Assembly (NCBI GenBank): GCA_043228905.1
Contig: JBHGNT010000013.1
Span: 6,758,001-6,822,000, forward strand
Source: Azolla caroliniana
Lineage: Eukaryota > Plantae > Polypodiophyta
Length of the DNA stretch: 64,000 nt
Direction: 5' to 3'
Part shown: piece by piece, positions 60,056 to 64,000 of the stretch
How positions within the stretch are numbered: position 1 is the stretch's first letter
Layout of the letters: each line of letters opens with the position of its first letter
Notes under the pieces: model-generated
What the model saw: only the letters and a program-made list of their open reading frames with translations
Database searches by the model: none
Told to the model about the DNA's origin: nothing
Made by a program: the position numbers and the translations under genes

Positions 60056-63000
60056 TCCCTACCTTCTGTCTCTCTCATTTCCTACTAATCTCTTATTCCT
60101 CTTTTCTTTCATCCCATGGCCACTGTTAGCGTCGAAGACTATCAATCTGTTTTTTCGGAATTTCAATGCTTGAAAGAGAAGTTCCATGATTTGGAACAAG
60201 AAAACCAACGGTTGCTGGGGGATCTTTAGCAAATCTCCTTAGAAAAGCAGCAAACGCAACAACAGCATGGGGAACTTGCGTTACGCTTGCAACAACTCGA
60301 AGCCACCATCGTAGCGATGCAACAACAAGGGCCCGGAACACAAGGGATTCATAAAGAACCCAAGATTGGCCTCATCATCGACCGTACGATTGCCCCATCG
60401 ATTTACAACCGGGAAAAGAGCCGCCATGGGGACCGATCTACAATTTGTCACCAAACGAGCTGGAAGTCCTTCGGGCCTATATAGAGGAGAATTTGGAAAA
60501 TGGTTTCATTTGGCATTCGAAATCTCCAGCTGGCGCGCCCATTTTCTTCGTCAAGAAAAAGGATGGATCTCTTCGTCTCGTTGTAGATTACCGTGGCCTG
60601 AATAAGGTTACAATCAGGAATAGGTATGCTCTTCCCCTTATCTCAAGTCTTTTAGAACGGATCAATGGTGCCAGGTTCTTCACGAAGATCGACTTACGGG
60701 GAGCATATAACCTCGTACGGATCCGACCAGGAGACGAATGGAAGACCGCGTTTCGCACCATATATGGGCACTTCGAGTATACGGTCATGCCGTTCGGCCT
60801 CACTAATGCGCCGGCAGTCTTCCAACACATGGCTAATGATATATTCCGAGATCTATTGGATGATTGTTTGATCATCTATTTGGATGATCTACTGGTTTAT
60901 TCAAAGACCCAAGAAGAACATGATTCTCATGTACTATTAGTACTAAAACGACTTCGAGAACATGGTCTGTATGCAAAGCTGGAAAAATGTAGTTTCGGGT
61001 GCAACCAAGTGGAATTTCTCGGGTACATCATTTCGTCAGAAGGCATCTCCATGGACCCAGCTAAGGTCAAAATGGTGGTAGAATGGCAGACTCCGCGTTC
61101 GGTGCGGGATGTGCAATGCTTCCTAGGCTTTGCCAATTTTTACCGGAAGTTCATACAAGATTACTCAAAGATCGTTTTATCTCTCACACAACTTACCAGG
61201 AGGGGACAACCGTTCATCTGGTTTGAAGAAACGGACATGGCTTTCGAGAGTCTTAAAAAGGCATTTACATCGGCTCCAATTCTAGCACATGTCGATCCGG
61301 AAAAACCATTCATTATCGAAGCTGACGCATCGGATTTTGCCTTGGGGAGCATTTTGTCACAACAAGGGAATGATGAGAAGCTACATCCTGTGGCTTTTCA
61401 CTCACGCAAGTTTGACGCCACTGAAATCAACTACGAAATTCATGATAAGGAGCTACTGGCAATAGTGGATTCTTTTATGCAATGGAAGCATTTTCTAGAG
61501 GGATCCTCGCATCCGGTCACTATATTTAGTGACCACAAGAACCTTGCCTACTTTTAGGATGCTCGTGTGTTGAATCGACGTCAAGCTCGGTGGGCCCACT
61601 TCCTCACGCGTTTCGACCTCAAAATTACATATCGTCCGGGGAAGCACCAAGGGAAGGCAGATGCATTATCACGGCGGTCGTATCTAGCACCCCGTCCCGG
61701 CGAGCCAGCTTTCGATAACCAAAAACAAGTCATCTTGGGACCGGCACGACTACAAGCAACACAGATTTTTGACATGCCCATGGATTCCCGCGTTATCGAT
61801 ACCATACGCGAAGACTTGAAGACAGATGCGTTCGCCCAAGCTATACTAGCACAAATTGATCCCTCTCGCGCGTCGTGTTCACAGTCGCAACCACCAGGTA
61901 CGAACTATCGGCAATTCAAATACCATGATGGATTACTCTTCTTTAAAGAACTTTTGTATGTTCCTAATGGTTCTTGCCGCCTTCAAGTAGTACAAAACTG
62001 TCATGATACATATACAACTGGGCATTTTGGTAGTACTAAAACATTACATTTAGTACAACGATCATTCTGGTGGCCCTGTATGCGACAATTTGTCAAGGAT
62101 TTTGTTCAGACTTGTGATACATGGTGCAGAGCGAAAATGCCAAGGCATCATCCATATGGTTTATTAGAACCATTACCAATTCCAAGCAAGCCGTGGCAAT
62201 CCATTGCTCTAGACTTCATCACAAATCTTCCAGTCTCTCAAGGGGTTCAATGCGATTCTAACGGTGGTCGATCGATATACGAAGATCTCCAGTGAAGACA
62301 CGGCCGAAATTGTCATGCGTGAAGTATGTCGGCATCATGGACTTCCCGATAGTATCATCAGCGACCGTGGACCCCAGTTCGTGTCAAAATTCTGGAAGCA
62401 CCTTTTTAACATGCTCAAGGTCACTTGTAACCTCTCCTCCGGCTACCACCCCCAAACCGATGGCCAAGCCGAACGAACCAATCAAACGTTGGAGCAGTAT
62501 CTACGGTGCTTTCTGAGCTATCATCAGGATGACTGGGTAGATATTCTCCACTTCGCCGAATTTGCCTATAACAACTCTATCCATGCATCCACCAAAGTTA
62601 CGCCATTTTATGCTTATACGGGATGTCACCCCCGGTGGTGTGTACTTGAAACCCCAGAGGTGTCCACAAATCCTTGCGCAGAAGAGCGTTTGGAGAGGTT
62701 ACGCAAGATACAAGCGGATGTATCTACTCACCTCCAACAAGCTCAACAAACACACAAGGTTTATGCGGATCGTCATCGACTCCCATCTAGTTTTAACATT
62801 GGAGATCGGGTATGGCTACTCCGACGACACATCAAGACCACTCGCCCATGCGAGAAGTTGGATTATCGGCGATTAGGTCCTTTCTGTATTATAGGAAAGA
62901 TTAATAATGTCGCTTTTCGTCTTGATCTACCTCCACAACTTCGGATACATCCGGTGTTTCATAGTTCTCTCCTCGAACCCTATCAAGAGAGCACCATCCC

Positions 63001-63659
63001 AGGACGTATTACACAACCTCCACCCCCGATCGAGCTTGAAGATGGACCTGAGTACGAGGTTGCCGCCATCCTTGATTCCAAGCTTGTTTGCAACAAGCTC
63101 TACTATCTAGTCGATTCATTATATTGTCCTAAATTCATGAATCCACAAAGTTAAATGTGTGAATAAGGAAATAATGTGATGTAACAATGCGGGAAGAAAT
63201 TGTTTAAATGATAGGCATAAGCAAATGGCAAATCCGAATGGAAGATACTTGCCTAACAAAATGGCCTTCCATCCCCATCAAGAGGAAAGAATTATTATTC
63301 ATTAGAAATGAATTATAAAAGAGCACATAATCACTGAACTTTTACCTATGATGTCGGTGTGCTCTTGTATGAAGACACTATTCTTTGATAAGTCACCACA
63401 AGCTATCAATGTCTCTATCTGCCACCAACATTGTTGTATTAAAGAAGGGATAGACACACATAAACCCAAACCATACATGTAACATGTTGTATTATACTAT
63501 AGTCTATTATGCATAGAAGTTGATGGAATCTGTGCTTCGATGAATCTAATAGGAAAAATTCCAAAATACTTGTTCCAAAAACTCAAGAGTGACAGTGACA
63601 ATTTAGTGAGATATCATGACTAGGAAATAGATGTAAAGAGTGACACAATTGTATGCATC

Positions 63660-63800
63660 ACGAATCATACATGCATACAATACAATACAAACACACAATC
63701 ACACACACATGTACATACACAGATACATACATACATACAATACAACACAATACATACATACATGTATGTATATGTACGTATATATGCATATATAAGATAA
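63660..63800. repeat. (CATA)n/(CA)n/(TACAA)n low-complexity tract
   Basis: Directly visible; similar tract at 85-245. Confidence 0.8.
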
Positions 63801-64000
63801 TAGAATGAGATAATGGCCGCCTGTTGTCGAGAGTTGAGCTTTAGCTCTTCCCCATCCCTCCACTCTACCCCTCTCCATCTCACACAAAAGACATTCTCCA
63901 ATGCTGAGGCATTCCTCATCTCCCTCTTCTTTCTTCTCCAAATCGGGAGGCCTTTTCATGGTTGCTTATGATTGAATTAACCAGCCATTAAAAGGCCTAG

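Larger units (their letters stand above)
59604..63115 (+). mobile_element. Tcn1-like chromovirus element A; gag-PR deleted, 3' truncated in the chromodomain
   Basis: 5' LTR 59604-60041 (TGTCA..TGACA), TATA at 59788, RT (VVDYRGLN, YLDDLL), RH (EADASD), INT (SDRGPQF, GPF), EYEVAAILDS..YYLVD. Confidence 0.93.

Noticed and set aside
63116-64000. Possible host exon fragments
   Set aside because: No convincing ORF or recognisable domain; cannot be supported from this window

Overview
Plant (TTTAGGG telomere motif; probably a fern or other non-seed plant, inferred from Tcn1-like chromoviruses and PPR remnants) heterochromatin made almost entirely of nested, mostly degenerate transposons. It holds at least 7 Ty1/Copia copies or fragments, 4 Tcn1-like chromovirus copies or fragments, one near-intact non-chromovirus Ty3/Gypsy element (44506-54355), two L1 LINEs, an RTEX/L2-like LINE 3' end, a hAT transposon with an intron-containing transposase, and solo or truncated LTRs. 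No intact host gene was found. Strongest signals: (1) three different Tcn1-like elements have no tRNA PBS, but each has an 11-12 nt sequence after the 5' LTR that is complementary to its own predicted transcript 5' end, with sequence covariation between families (Tf1-type self-priming); (2) the same LTRs carry an outward-facing tRNA-type Pol III A-box/B-box pair at exact tRNA spacing; (3) the Gypsy element carries an uninterrupted 870-970 aa non-env extra ORF and lacks a canonical 3' PPT; (4) a telomeric-repeat insertion with a 19-bp duplication sits in one LTR only; (5) CCGG is strongly enriched across unrelated retroelement lineages. All coordinates and counts were read by eye.
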